DNA from: Minisyncoccota bacterium
GTDB lineage: Bacteria > Patescibacteriota > Minisyncoccia > Phycocordibacterales > SBAW01
Direction of reading: 5' to 3'
DNA: 64,000 nucleotides
Assembly: GCA_035546575.1 (NCBI GenBank)
Contig: DASZWN010000003.1
Location: forward strand, 1,530-65,529
The notes under the pieces are model-generated. The model searched no databases and had not been told where the DNA came from. It was given only the letters and a program-made list of their open reading frames with translations. Shown here in pieces: positions 1-8,808 of the stretch (position 1 is the stretch's first letter; the number at the start of each line of letters is the position of its first letter). A program made the position numbers and the translations under genes.

Positions 1-150
1 CGTGCACCTATGATGGTTCTGCCCTCACTATCGACCCTAAAGAATTAGAAGATATGAAATGGGTTTCGAGAGAAGAGCTAAAAACACTCCCTATGTTTGA
101 AGACGACGGCACCGTGGGGACTATACGTGCGCTCCTTGCCCAAATAAGGT
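1..150 (+). CDS. 3' end of a CDS truncated by the window edge (frame 3, stop TAA 148-150); C-terminus ...MKWVSREELKTLPMFEDDGTVGTIRALLAQIR loosely resembles NUDIX hydrolase C-termini
   Basis: Open frame from the window start to TAA at 148-150; not in the ORF track because it has no start in the window. Family assignment is weak. Confidence 0.3.
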
Positions 151-163
151 AACTTGTAGCCAA

Positions 164-249
164 GGGCACGTGGCGGAATCTGGTATACGCGTACGTCTCA
201 GAAGCGTATCCCGTAAGGGTTGGGAGTTCGAGTCTCCCCGTGCCCACCA
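164..249 (+). tRNA. tRNA-Leu, anticodon CAG, type II with long variable arm, CCA encoded
   Basis: Manual fold: acceptor GGGCACG/CGTGCCC (7 bp); D-stem GCG/CGC with a 12-nt GG-containing loop; anticodon stem TACGT/GCGTA with loop CTCAGAA (U33, anticodon CAG, A37); long variable arm CCCGTAAGGG; T-arm GGGAG-TTCGAGT-CTCCC; discriminator A; 3' CCA. Confidence 0.85.
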
Positions 250-253
250 GACT

Positions 254-1585
254 ATGGAACCATGGAAGGATTATTTTAAAGGCAAGCGCATTACCGTAAT
301 GGGCCTTGGGCTCCTCGGCCGCGGAGTGGGGGATGCTGCATTTTTGGCGCCTCTATGCGCCGAACTTATGGTGACCGACCTCAAAAGCGAGGCCGAGCTT
401 GCCGACTCGCTGAGACAGCTGAAAGATTTTAAAAATATTACGTTCCATTTAGGCGGTCACCAGCTCATAGACTTCCAGAACCGCGACCTGATACTCAAGG
501 CCGCAGGAGTACCGCTCGACTCGCTATATATCGCGGAGGCAAAGAAAAATAATACACCAGTGCGCATGAGCGCCGACCTTTTTATGGAGCTCTCTGGAGT
601 CACCTCAGTAGGTATCACCGGCACGCGCGGCAAGTCAACCGTAACGCACATGCTCGCGCATATACTCAAGACTGCCGGTAAAAAGGTTTTACTTGGCGGC
701 AATGTGCGCGGTGTCTCAACCTTGGCGCTTTTGCCGGAAGCAACACCTGAGGCAATTGCCGTACTTGAGCTGGACTCATGGCAGTGCCAAGGGCTCGCAG
801 ACGGAAAGCTGAGCCCTCATGTGGCGGTGTTTACCACTTTTCTGCCCGACCACATGAACTACTACAAAAACGACATGCGATTGTACTTTGCCGACAAGGC
901 GAACATATTTTTGTATCAAAAACCAACCGACATGCTTGTGGTAGGTGAGCAGGTTGCACCTCTTATAAAAGAGTATGGTTATCAAGACAAGGTGGTAGCA
1001 CAGACAGTTACTGCGGGAGTAAAAGATATTCCGGCGCAGTGGCATCTCAAAGTTCCCGGCGAGCATAATCGCTACGACGCCGGGGTTGCTGCAGCTGCGG
1101 CTCGCGTACTTGGTATCAATGACAACACTATTAAAGAGGCGCTGGAGTCGTTTGAGGGGGTGCCAGGCCGCTTGCAGTTTATACGAGAAGTCCGCGGAAT
1201 CAAAATCTATAACGACACTACGGCAACCGTGCCAGAGGCAACCATAGCAGCACTCGAAGCGCTTGATCCAAATGATAAAAAGAATGTCGTCCTTATCATG
1301 GGCGGTGCCGACAAAGGGCTCGATATGTCGCGACTGGTCGCGACAATCCCTAGGCACTGCAAAAAAGTGCTGCTGCTCGCAGGCACCGGGAGCGAACGTA
1401 TCAAATCTGAGCTTCCTAACAGTTTGATATATCAAACTACGACTGATGCTGTGTCCGCTGCTCTTGCAGCTGCAACAACCGGCGACATTATTCTCCTCAG
1501 TCCGGCCTTTGCCTCATTTGGCATGTTTAAGAACGAGTACGATCGCGGCGAGCAGTTTAACGCTATCGTGGCGGCACTAGCATAA
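254..1585 (+). CDS. murD: UDP-N-acetylmuramoyl-L-alanine--D-glutamate ligase
   Basis: Mur ligase family; ATP-binding GITGTRGKST motif; domain order typical of MurD. The ORF-track start at 170 overlaps the tRNA; the ATG at 254 (MEPWKDY...) is the plausible start. Confidence 0.88.
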   Translation: MEPWKDYFKGKRITVMGLGLLGRGVGDAAFLAPLCAELMVTDLKSEAELADSLRQLKDFKNITFHLGGHQLIDFQNRDLILKAAGVPLDSLYIAEAKKNNTPVRMSADLFMELSGVTSVGITGTRGKSTVTHMLAHILKTAGKKVLLGGNVRGVSTLALLPEATPEAIAVLELDSWQCQGLADGKLSPHVAVFTTFLPDHMNYYKNDMRLYFADKANIFLYQKPTDMLVVGEQVAPLIKEYGYQDKVVAQTVTAGVKDIPAQWHLKVPGEHNRYDAGVAAAAARVLGINDNTIKEALESFEGVPGRLQFIREVRGIKIYNDTTATVPEATIAALEALDPNDKKNVVLIMGGADKGLDMSRLVATIPRHCKKVLLLAGTGSERIKSELPNSLIYQTTTDAVSAALAAATTGDIILLSPAFASFGMFKNEYDRGEQFNAIVAALA

Positions 1586-2346
1586 TGATAGGCATTTTTG
1601 ACTCCGGCTCGGGCGGGCTCACAGTACTTAGGGCAATCCGCAACGTTTTGCCTTCGTGCGACGTGCTCTATTTTGGCGATATTAAACATGCACCGTACGG
1701 CTCTAAATCGCGCGAAGAGTTAAGCAATCTCACGATTGACGCCATTAAGCTTTTATACGATCGCGGCGCACGCAACATAGTGAGTGCATGCAATAGTGTC
1801 TCGGCATCGCTCGCAGTCTCTTTGCTCGATGCATCTGATATCGCACCTACGCACTTAATAGAGATGGTGGGGCCGACAGTCGCGTATTTTAAAGGCTCCG
1901 GTGCACGGATTCTTTTGTGCGCGACCCCGGCAACTATCGAATCGACAATTTACCAGAGCGCATTCCGTATGATCGGTAAAAACATTACAACAGTAGCAAT
2001 CTCCGAACTTGCAGGTGCCATTGAATTTGCAAAATCTAGAGAAGAGATACAAAAAATACTAACAGAAGCTTTTGCAAACATCTCGCTTGCCGATTTTGAC
2101 GTACTTATCTTAGGTTGTACGCACTATCCGCTTGTGCTCGACTTATTTACCCAGGTACTACCCAAAACAATTGCAGTGTTTGATCCGGCACTGGCAGTTG
2201 CGGAGCGTGTCGAGCGGCAGTTTTGGCCGCAAGAAGCAGGGGATGCCATAACCCAGTTTGTAATCAGCAAGGATTCCGAGCCTTTTAGAACTTTTGCTGC
2301 AAAGCTTTTCCCTGGGCAAAAGTATACGGTCGAAGTGATAGAGTAA
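1585..2346 (+). CDS. murI: Glutamate racemase
   Basis: N-terminal IGIFDSGSGGLTV, Cys-containing SACNS motif, and GCTHYP second catalytic Cys motif; start overlaps the murD stop (ATGA). Confidence 0.85.
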   Translation: MIGIFDSGSGGLTVLRAIRNVLPSCDVLYFGDIKHAPYGSKSREELSNLTIDAIKLLYDRGARNIVSACNSVSASLAVSLLDASDIAPTHLIEMVGPTVAYFKGSGARILLCATPATIESTIYQSAFRMIGKNITTVAISELAGAIEFAKSREEIQKILTEAFANISLADFDVLILGCTHYPLVLDLFTQVLPKTIAVFDPALAVAERVERQFWPQEAGDAITQFVISKDSEPFRTFAAKLFPGQKYTVEVIE

Positions 2347-2350
2347 TACC

Positions 2351-3655
2351 ATGCAAGGCAAGAAGATATACATCGTCGGTATCGGCGGCATAGGGCTCTC
2401 CTCGCTTGCGCAGCTCTATCTCCATGAGGGAGCGCGCGTCTCTGGCTCGGACCGTTCCGACTCCCCAACAACCGAGCTCTTGCGCTCAAAAGGCGTCGAG
2501 GTCTTTGTAGGGCACCATGCAGAGCAAGTGCCAACCGACGCCGATTTGCTTGTGTACAGCGATGCGGTTCTAGAGGGCTCCGAGGGGTTTGTGGAGCGCG
2601 TACAAGCACAAGATCTGGGGATCCCCGAACTTTCCTACGCAGAAGCGCTTGGCAAAATGACCGAAGGCAAAAAGGTTATTGCTATCGCTGGTGCGCACGG
2701 CAAGACAACCACGACCGCGATGACTATCGATGTGCTAGAGGCTGCAGGGCTCGACCCCACGGGAGTGGTGGGCTCTTTGCGCGCAAAAACCAAAAGCAAT
2801 TTCCGCGCAGGTAAAGGGGAGTACTTTGTAGTAGAGGCAGACGAGTATCTTCGGCACTTTCTTAACTACACGCCGTATATTTTGGTAATTACTAATATCG
2901 AGGCCGATCACCTCGATTACTTTAAAGACCTCGCCGATGTGCAATCAGCATTTAGAGAGCTTGCGCAAAAAATCCCAGCCGACGGATTTGTGGTGTGCGA
3001 TACCTCTAGCCATGAAGTGCAGCCGGTTATTAAAGATCTGGAGTGCAATCTCGTTGATTATCGATCGCATTTTGACCCAGACCTGGCTCTCAGAGTGTTG
3101 CCTCTTCACAGAATAAACGCTGCTGCGGTGATGGCGGTGGCCCACATTGTGGGGATAGACGAGATGGTGGCACGTAAAGCGCTTGAGGATTTTGTCGGCA
3201 CGTGGCGCCGGTTTGAATATAAAGGAAAGACAGCGAGCGGCGCCTTGGTGTACGACGACTATGGTCACCATCCGACCGAAATTTCAACAACGCTCAAAAG
3301 CGTGCGCGAGCAATTTCCAGACAAGCGGATTATTGTTGCCTTCCACCCGCACCTCTACAGCCGCACTAAGGCCCTGATGGCAGAGTTTGCAAAAGCGTTT
3401 GTTGATGCCGATGAGATTTTGATCGCACCTATCTTTGCAGCAAGAGAAAAGCCGGACCCGACAGTTACTAGTGCAATTCTTGCAGAGCGCATTAAGGCAG
3501 AAGGAAAAAACGCGCAGGCTGTAGACTCGCTCGAGGCCGTAGAGGACTATATTAAAAACAAGACACAAGAGGGAGACGTGGTAGTGACCATGGGTGCCGG
3601 AGACATATACAAAGCAGGGGAGAGAAGCCTGCCTGCCGGTAGGCAGGGCTCTTGA
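2351..3655 (+). CDS. murC: UDP-N-acetylmuramate--L-alanine ligase
   Basis: IGGIGLSSLA N-terminus, P-loop GAHGKTTTT, Mur ligase central and C-terminal domains. The C-terminal tail ...RSLPAGRQGS is encoded by the 20-nt palindromic repeat at 3628-3647. Confidence 0.9.
   Translation: MQGKKIYIVGIGGIGLSSLAQLYLHEGARVSGSDRSDSPTTELLRSKGVEVFVGHHAEQVPTDADLLVYSDAVLEGSEGFVERVQAQDLGIPELSYAEALGKMTEGKKVIAIAGAHGKTTTTAMTIDVLEAAGLDPTGVVGSLRAKTKSNFRAGKGEYFVVEADEYLRHFLNYTPYILVITNIEADHLDYFKDLADVQSAFRELAQKIPADGFVVCDTSSHEVQPVIKDLECNLVDYRSHFDPDLALRVLPLHRINAAAVMAVAHIVGIDEMVARKALEDFVGTWRRFEYKGKTASGALVYDDYGHHPTEISTTLKSVREQFPDKRIIVAFHPHLYSRTKALMAEFAKAFVDADEILIAPIFAAREKPDPTVTSAILAERIKAEGKNAQAVDSLEAVEDYIKNKTQEGDVVVTMGAGDIYKAGERSLPAGRQGS
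3628..3647. repeat. 20-nt palindromic repeat CCTGCCTGCCGGTAGGCAGG, copy 1 (inside the murC 3' coding end)
   Basis: Identical to the 20-mer at 43993-44012; close variant at 4985-5005. Stem CCTGCC/GGCAGG with loop TGCCGGTA. Confidence 0.7.
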
Positions 3656-3695
3656 AACCAAATAAAAGGTAGTAGTGTTCTATAAAAATGAAGCG

Positions 3696-3717
3696 GGCCA
3701 CCCTTAAATGGGTGGCC
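3696..3717. terminator. GC-rich hairpin between convergent murC and the small minus-strand ORF
   Basis: GGCCACCC-TTAAAT-GGGTGGCC, 8-bp stem; no clear U-tract, so it may be bidirectional or Rho-assisted. Confidence 0.4.
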
Positions 3718-3736
3718 GCGCCAATTCTGGGTGGCA

Positions 3737-3991
3737 CTAGGCCGCCTGAATTTCTTCCAGCGTCTTGAAGTACTCGCCAGGGTTTTTAGTAGTAAACGGC
3801 TTATGAGCCGTATCACTGACGCATGCCCAACGAAAAGGATCAACTGGCTCACAGAATGCAGGCTCTTTGCATGCATTCCGGTTGCAACAGAAATCCTTGC
3901 GGCTGTTCCATGTGCGACGGATCTCCTCCGCCGTTTCAGGAGAAATCTCCGTGTAGGAAAAATCATCAGCCTTAATGGCTTGGCTTTGCAT
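3737..3991 (-). CDS. Small Cys-rich hypothetical protein (about 85 aa from the internal Met; ...DFCCNRNACKEPAFCEPVDPFRWAC...)
   Basis: The ORF 3737..4078 overlaps the rsmI start head-to-head if read from 4078; the internal ATG at 3989-3991 gives a non-overlapping product. No recognisable family. Confidence 0.35.
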   Translation of the reverse strand: MQSQAIKADDFSYTEISPETAEEIRRTWNSRKDFCCNRNACKEPAFCEPVDPFRWACVSDTAHKPFTTKNPGEYFKTLEEIQAA

Positions 3992-4076
3992 TACCAACTC
4001 CTTTTCTGTGAGGAACTTTGAAAGAATTTTACTGAACTTATTTGAAAAAGTCAATATTTTGTAGTAGGGTAGAGGC

Positions 4077-4781
4077 ATGCAAAACCCCTTCGACCCTGCT
4101 CAGGGTAAACTGTTTGTAGTGGCAACCCCCATCGGCAACCTCGAGGACATTACCTTGCGGGCTCTGCGCGTACTCAAAGAGGCCGATGTTATTGCCTGTG
4201 AGGACACGCGTGTCACAAAAAAGCTCTTGGCTCATTTTGACATCCACACGCCTACCGTTGCGTTCCACGCCAACAGCGGGGTAAAAGGGTTTGAAAAAAT
4301 CGTGGCGCTTTTGGAGGAGGGCAAGCATGTGGTACTTGTGTCTGATGCCGGCACGCCGGGGGTATCCGACCCAGGGCTTGAGCTTGTCTCGGTGGTCCGC
4401 GAACGTCTGCCAGAGGCTACCGTAGAGGCAATTCCTGGACCCTCGGCGCTTGTGGCGGCCCTTTCTATCGCAGGTCTGCGGGCCTCCTCATTCACTTTTT
4501 ACGGCTTTTTGCCGCTCAAAAAGGGCCGGGAGACTATATTTAAAGAGATAGCGGCAAGCGATCGAGCAAGCGTGATGTATGAATCGCCGCACCGGATACT
4601 CAAAACGCTGGGGAGCCTCAAGACATACCTTGAGGAGGAGCGCCGTGTGGGCATTTTCCGCGAGCTCACCAAGCTGTATGAAGAGTCCATAGTCGGTTCG
4701 GCAGCCGAGGTGCTCAACTATTTTGAACAAAACCCCGACAAAATCCGCGGAGAATTTGTGGTGATAGTAGAAGGACGGTAG
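4077..4781 (+). CDS. rsmI: 16S rRNA (cytidine1402-2'-O)-methyltransferase
   Basis: Tetrapyrrole-methylase fold with the RsmI signature LFVVATPIGNLEDITLRA...IACEDTR. Confidence 0.85.
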   Translation: MQNPFDPAQGKLFVVATPIGNLEDITLRALRVLKEADVIACEDTRVTKKLLAHFDIHTPTVAFHANSGVKGFEKIVALLEEGKHVVLVSDAGTPGVSDPGLELVSVVRERLPEATVEAIPGPSALVAALSIAGLRASSFTFYGFLPLKKGRETIFKEIAASDRASVMYESPHRILKTLGSLKTYLEEERRVGIFRELTKLYEESIVGSAAEVLNYFEQNPDKIRGEFVVIVEGR

Positions 4782-4790
4782 AATAGAGAC

Positions 4791-5072
4791 ATGTCTAAAG
4801 AGATGACGGTGATCGTGCTGGGCATCTGGCTTATTGCTGTGCCGTACCTAGGTGTGCCGGGCTCATGGCGCACGGTCATTGTTATAGGAACCGGCATCAT
4901 CGTTGCCGGAGTAGGATTTTTCTTGCGCGCAGAAGCGATTGGCCGCAGTGGTGCTCGCCATCAACATAGAACATTCGTAGAAAACCTGCCTACCGGTCAG
5001 GCAGGCGCAGATATGGCTGCTTCGGAATCAATGATGCATGACCACAAAGAAAGAATCACCTCGCTCAACTAA
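4791..5072 (+). CDS. Small 2-TM membrane protein; its C-terminal tail reads through a palindromic repeat copy
   Basis: N-terminal 50 aa are hydrophobic (GIWLIAVPYLGVPGSW..., SPW-repeat-like). The ...NLPTGQAGA... segment is encoded by the repeat at 4985-5005, in the same frame as the MurC tail LPAGRQG. Overlaps the next gene by 35 nt. Confidence 0.4.
   Translation: MSKEMTVIVLGIWLIAVPYLGVPGSWRTVIVIGTGIIVAGVGFFLRAEAIGRSGARHQHRTFVENLPTGQAGADMAASESMMHDHKERITSLN
4985..5005. repeat. Variant copy of the palindromic repeat (CCTGCCTACCGGTCAGGCAGG)
   Basis: Same CCTGCC/GGCAGG arms around a (T)ACCGGT(CA) core, versus TGCCGGTA in the other two copies. Confidence 0.6.
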
Positions 5073-6198
5073 ACATGCTCTCGCTATCTTTGGCGCGTCT
5101 GCTTTTGTGGTAGGCGCGGCTTTTGTCTTTGCGTATGGGCCGCTGCCACAATTCCTTTCAGTTACATACTCAGAGGGCACGGCAACCACCACACAGTCGA
5201 ACAACCCAGATGTACCGCCGCCTCCGCCGCCGCTCGACAAAATGGCCTATGACCTAAAGCTACTCGCGCTCGCCCACGTTGCAACCTCAAGCCCGTGGTA
5301 CAGCGCATTCCTCCAAGGCACCACAACGATAATGCTAGCGGGTGCTACCACAACAACCAAAGTTACTCCGAAGCTGTGGCCGGTACATGCCGTGTATCCG
5401 GCCGATGGTCGCGCACTTTTGCCGTTTAACAGGATCGTCGCGTATTACGGGAACTTTTATTCCCGCGGCATGGGCGTATTAGGCCAATATGACCCGGAGG
5501 AGATGCTTGCGCGCTTGGCCTCAACAACCGCGCAGTGGGCTGCGGCCGACCCCTCCACACCTGTTATCCCCGCACTCCACTACATTGTTGAGGTTGCTCA
5601 AGCGTCGGCAGGCAAAGACGGTATGTATCGTGCGCGCATGCCCGATGATCAGATCGAAAAGGCTCTTGAGTTGGCAAAACAAATTAACGGCGTGGTCTTT
5701 CTCGACTTTCAGGTAGGGTTGAGCGATGTGCAGACTGAGCTCCCGATCTATGAAGAGTATCTCAAACTGCCAAACGTGCAGTTGGGTATCGACCCGGAGT
5801 TTGCGATGAAAACCAGCGGCGCCAAGCCGGGGCGCGTCATTGGCACGCTCGATGCTGCGGATATTAATTGGGCGATACAGTATCTCTCTAAACTCGTAGA
5901 AAAAGATAATCTGCCTCCAAAAATCCTGATGATCCACCGTTTTACGATGGACATGGTCACCAACTATAAACAGATAAAACCGACGCCGCAGGTGCAATTT
6001 GTCATGGATATGGATGGCTGGGGTGAGCAGGCAAGAAAAGAAAATACCTATCAGCTTGCAGTGCAGGGGCAACCAGTGCAATTTACAGGCTTTAAGTTAT
6101 TCTATAAGAACGACCTTCTTCCGCCTTCAACCGGCATGATGACGCCCGAGCAAGTACTCAAACTCACACCCGCCCCCGTCTACATTCAGTACCAATGA
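5038..6198 (+). CDS. Hypothetical membrane-anchored protein (N-terminal TM, Pro-rich linker, about 300-aa globular domain)
   Basis: Single N-terminal hydrophobic helix ALAIFGASAFVVGAAFVFAY, then a PPPPPP linker; no confident family match from sequence alone. Confidence 0.5.
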   Translation: MTTKKESPRSTKHALAIFGASAFVVGAAFVFAYGPLPQFLSVTYSEGTATTTQSNNPDVPPPPPPLDKMAYDLKLLALAHVATSSPWYSAFLQGTTTIMLAGATTTTKVTPKLWPVHAVYPADGRALLPFNRIVAYYGNFYSRGMGVLGQYDPEEMLARLASTTAQWAAADPSTPVIPALHYIVEVAQASAGKDGMYRARMPDDQIEKALELAKQINGVVFLDFQVGLSDVQTELPIYEEYLKLPNVQLGIDPEFAMKTSGAKPGRVIGTLDAADINWAIQYLSKLVEKDNLPPKILMIHRFTMDMVTNYKQIKPTPQVQFVMDMDGWGEQARKENTYQLAVQGQPVQFTGFKLFYKNDLLPPSTGMMTPEQVLKLTPAPVYIQYQ

Positions 6199-7229
6199 AA
6201 AAGGACATAGTCGTTTGGTGTTTTGTAGGAGCGCTTATTATCGCGGGTATTGTAGCTGCGATGTGGCCGAAGGCGCTCGCAGAAATTGCTACAGACACCT
6301 CACATATTTTTGGCACACCAACCATACACAACCCGTCGGTACTGTTTGTGGGCGACATTATGCTCGACCGCGACGTGGCGGTACATGCCCAGCAGGCGGG
6401 GGACGATGCGCTTTTTGCAGGCGCTGCAGACCTCTTTAGCGGCTACGATTTGCGCATTGGAAACTTGGAGGGCACTATAACCACCAACAAGTCTATAGCG
6501 CAGCAGGACCACACCATACTGCGCTTTACCTTTGACCCGCGTTTTGCAAAGGTCTTAGCGCAAGCGGGTTTTGATGCTCTGAGTCTGGCCAACAATCATT
6601 CGCTGGACTTTGGCGAGTTTGGGTATGACGACACCGTAAGCTACCTCAGCAAACAAAATATTCCTGCGTTTGGCTCGCCCTTTAATGAGCAGCATTTGGC
6701 GGTGCGCGTCTCGGCCTCGGGCCTGCGCCTTTGCATGCTGGGATACATGGACCTTTTTAAATCCGACCCAACGAGCATTATTAACAAAATACAAGATATA
6801 CGGGGTGAGTGCGACAAGGTAATCGTTATGCCGCACTGGGGGGTCGAGTATCAGCACAGCCCGACCGCGCAGCAGGTATCGCTGGCACACGAGTTTATCG
6901 ACGCCGGTGCCGATGTGATAATCGGCTCGCACCCGCATGTGGTGGAGCCGCTAGAGATATATAAAGGCAAAGCGATCTTTTATTCGCTCGGCAACTTTAT
7001 CTTCGACCAGCATTGGCAACCAGAAGTCATGCGCGGACTCGCGGTTGGCATAGAATTTGGTGAGAAATCTACGCGCTTTACGCTCACGCCGGTCTCTACC
7101 AATATGGAAGCAAAAGTAGCAGACGAGGTAGTAACAAAAGCTGTACTAAACGATGTAGTAACGCCCGACCTCTCAGTCGACATGGCTAACTCGATCCTCA
7201 CGACAAGCTCGTTTGAGCTTCCGTATTAG
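6195..7229 (+). CDS. CapA/PgsA-family metallophosphatase-like protein (poly-gamma-glutamate capsule biosynthesis family)
   Basis: N-terminal TM; motifs GDIMLDR, LANNHSLDFG, MPHWGVEY, GSHPHVVEP and FYSLGNFIFDQ are typical of CapA family proteins. Confidence 0.75.
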   Translation: MKKDIVVWCFVGALIIAGIVAAMWPKALAEIATDTSHIFGTPTIHNPSVLFVGDIMLDRDVAVHAQQAGDDALFAGAADLFSGYDLRIGNLEGTITTNKSIAQQDHTILRFTFDPRFAKVLAQAGFDALSLANNHSLDFGEFGYDDTVSYLSKQNIPAFGSPFNEQHLAVRVSASGLRLCMLGYMDLFKSDPTSIINKIQDIRGECDKVIVMPHWGVEYQHSPTAQQVSLAHEFIDAGADVIIGSHPHVVEPLEIYKGKAIFYSLGNFIFDQHWQPEVMRGLAVGIEFGEKSTRFTLTPVSTNMEAKVADEVVTKAVLNDVVTPDLSVDMANSILTTSSFELPY

Positions 7230-7233
7230 AACG

Positions 7234-7263
7234 AAAACACCACCCTCTCGGGTGGTGTTTTCT
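7234..7263 (+). terminator. Rho-independent terminator after the capA-like gene
   Basis: AAAACACCACCC-TCTC-GGGTGGTGTTTT, 12-bp stem followed by TTTTCT. Confidence 0.75.
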
Positions 7264-7292
7264 GTATTTCGTCTCTACCGGCTCCACCCATC

Positions 7293-7309
7293 GCGAGATG
7301 GGACTTGTC
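7293..7309. repeat. 17-nt perfect inverted repeat arm (GCGAGATGGGACTTGTC); partner at 7417-7433 lies inside the tRNA-like element
   Basis: Exact reverse complement of 7417-7433, 107 nt away. Locally also forms the hairpin CCCATC-GCGA-GATGGG (7287-7302). Confidence 0.7.
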
Positions 7310-7380
7310 GCTCACAAGTATAGCAAAGCAGTGATTTTGGTCAATAGCTCAAAAGAGCTTGATTAATAGGCATGTTCTGA

Positions 7381-7448
7381 AGCCGGTGGAGGGGGTCGAA
7401 CCCTCAAGACGAAAATGACAAGTCCCATCTCGCAACCATGCCACCGGC
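7381..7448 (-). ncRNA. tRNA-like element: canonical acceptor stem and T-arm, but D/anticodon region does not fold as a tRNA (possible rearranged or pseudo-tRNA)
   Basis: Minus strand: GCCGGTG...GAGGG-TTCGACC-CCCTC-CACCGGC-T. Acceptor is 7 bp perfect and the T-loop is TTCGACC, but the 36 nt between them have no 5-bp stem with a 7-nt loop. Internal positions 16-32 are the inverted-repeat arm. Confidence 0.4.
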
Positions 7449-7494
7449 TGAGGTGCACTATAGATGAAGAGAATTTGAAGTCAAATTTTAAGGA

Positions 7495-7500
7495 TATACT
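7495..7500 (+). promoter_or_regulatory. -10 hexamer TATACT 6 nt upstream of the GTG start at 7507 (leaderless-type)
   Basis: TATACT-aaagcc-GTG; part of the recurring pattern in this window. Confidence 0.35.
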
Positions 7501-7506
7501 AAAGCC

Positions 7507-8127
7507 GTGGAAGATCCCTCCCATTTCCAACCGACTTACGAACACAAACATTGGCATTGGCTGCTGTGGCTAGGCCTGTTTACTTTTGCCCTTTTAGCCG
7601 GCGGGTTTGTGTATGTGGGGTATTTCCAAAATCCTCAGGCGCCAATTATCACCACGAGTGTCGAAGATTCTAGTTTGCCCTCCGGGGCAGACCCGCAAAC
7701 TTTCCAGGTAGTAGGCATGTTCTATACGAAAGACGCAACACATGTCTGGACGACTTATACAGGTCCAGCTGATCCGGAACCTCCTCGTCTCGTGGATGCA
7801 GACCCTGCGACTTTTCAATTAGTTCAGGATGGTTTTGAGTATGGCATCCATGCCAGAGATAAAAACAATTTGTTTTGGGGAGGGGATAACGTTACGCCTG
7901 ATGGTTTTGATATTGCCTCAATGCAAATCATAGGAAACGCCGGAGGCGATATTGTAGAACATGTTTACATTAAGGATAAAGATGCGGTATATGCAGCTTT
8001 CCTTGGATCAAAATTCCAGAAAGTTTCTGACGCTGACCCGGCAACCTTTATTCTTGCCCCAGGTCAATCCACGTATGACGCACAAGACAAAAATCACAAG
8101 TATTTACGGGGCAAAATAGTTGAGTAG
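7507..8127 (+). CDS. Membrane-anchored protein with three DKNYY-like repeats (paralog 1)
   Basis: N-terminus MEDPSHFQPTYEHKHWHW plus a TM helix; repeats DPQTFQVV...KDATHVW, DADPATFQLV...DKNNLFW, DADPATFILA...DKNHKYL. Confidence 0.55.
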   Translation: MEDPSHFQPTYEHKHWHWLLWLGLFTFALLAGGFVYVGYFQNPQAPIITTSVEDSSLPSGADPQTFQVVGMFYTKDATHVWTTYTGPADPEPPRLVDADPATFQLVQDGFEYGIHARDKNNLFWGGDNVTPDGFDIASMQIIGNAGGDIVEHVYIKDKDAVYAAFLGSKFQKVSDADPATFILAPGQSTYDAQDKNHKYLRGKIVE

Positions 8128-8133
8128 TTTTAT

Positions 8134-8778
8134 ATGGAAGATCCGTCTCATTTTCAACCAACCTACGAGCACAAATATTGGCACGTTGTGCTGTGGGGTG
8201 GGCTGTTTTTAGCCGCAGTCCTAGCCGGCGGATATGTGTATGTAATCGCTCAGAATTCTGTGGACTCAGCCGCTCAGCTTACAGACGAACAAACTACCAT
8301 ACCCACGAGCAAATTTGTAAATGAGATTCAACTTCTTGCAGCTACCCAACTTACGTTTTCTTCATCAACTGAGGTGTGGTGGCTGTCCTATGGGGATTTA
8401 TTGATCTTTCCTAGACTTGAAAATGGGGAAGGTTGCTTTTTGTATCAGCGTGAAGATTTATGCAAACTCATAACTATCTCAGGTACGGAGTACACCGCAT
8501 ATATAAAGCCAGAGTCCAGCTCCGAGATAGAAAGTGCCTACAAGAAGTTCCTTAATGAACAGGGTTATGTTTTTATATATGAAATTGCAAAATCCCAGTT
8601 AAGCTCTGTATATGAAAAAATACTAGGTAGTAAGGTCCAACTAGTCGTTGTTGGCTCGGAGCTAGTACACGCCATCTCTTCGACTAATAAAAAAGATGTA
8701 AATGTTCCGCCGGACGATATGAGATTTGCGGTGTTTGTAAGTGATGTGTTTGACGTAAACGACACGACCACCCCCTAA
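8134..8778 (+). CDS. Membrane-anchored protein, paralog 2 (conserved N-terminus and TM, divergent C-terminal domain)
   Basis: N-terminus MEDPSHFQPTYEHKYWH is about 80% nt-identical to the gene at 7507 over the first ~50 nt; visibly AT-richer coding region. Confidence 0.5.
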   Translation: MEDPSHFQPTYEHKYWHVVLWGGLFLAAVLAGGYVYVIAQNSVDSAAQLTDEQTTIPTSKFVNEIQLLAATQLTFSSSTEVWWLSYGDLLIFPRLENGEGCFLYQREDLCKLITISGTEYTAYIKPESSSEIESAYKKFLNEQGYVFIYEIAKSQLSSVYEKILGSKVQLVVVGSELVHAISSTNKKDVNVPPDDMRFAVFVSDVFDVNDTTTP

Positions 8779-8792
8779 GTCTCTAATCAAAG

Positions 8793-8801
8793 TGATATAA
8801 T
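8793..8801 (+). promoter_or_regulatory. Extended -10 TGATATAAT ending 7 nt before the ATG at 8809 (leaderless-type)
   Basis: TGATATAAT-cgggcta-ATG; no Shine-Dalgarno. Confidence 0.35.
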
Positions 8802-8808
8802 CGGGCTA

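Noticed and set aside
170-253. ORF-track N-terminal extension of murD (start at 170) and the minus ORF 8..247
   Set aside because: Both overlap the well-folded tRNA-Leu(CAG) at 164-249. The ATG at 254 gives a normal MurD N-terminus.
776-1435. 219-aa minus-strand ORF inside murD
   Set aside because: Antisense to a confidently identified Mur ligase; Cys/His-rich, low-complexity translation with no family resemblance.
7381-7448. Interpreting the tRNA-like element as tmRNA (ssrA) or as a permuted two-piece tmRNA
   Set aside because: Acceptor 5' and 3' strands are only 68 nt apart in standard (non-permuted) order, with no room for pseudoknots or a tag reading frame; the upstream region is protein-coding.
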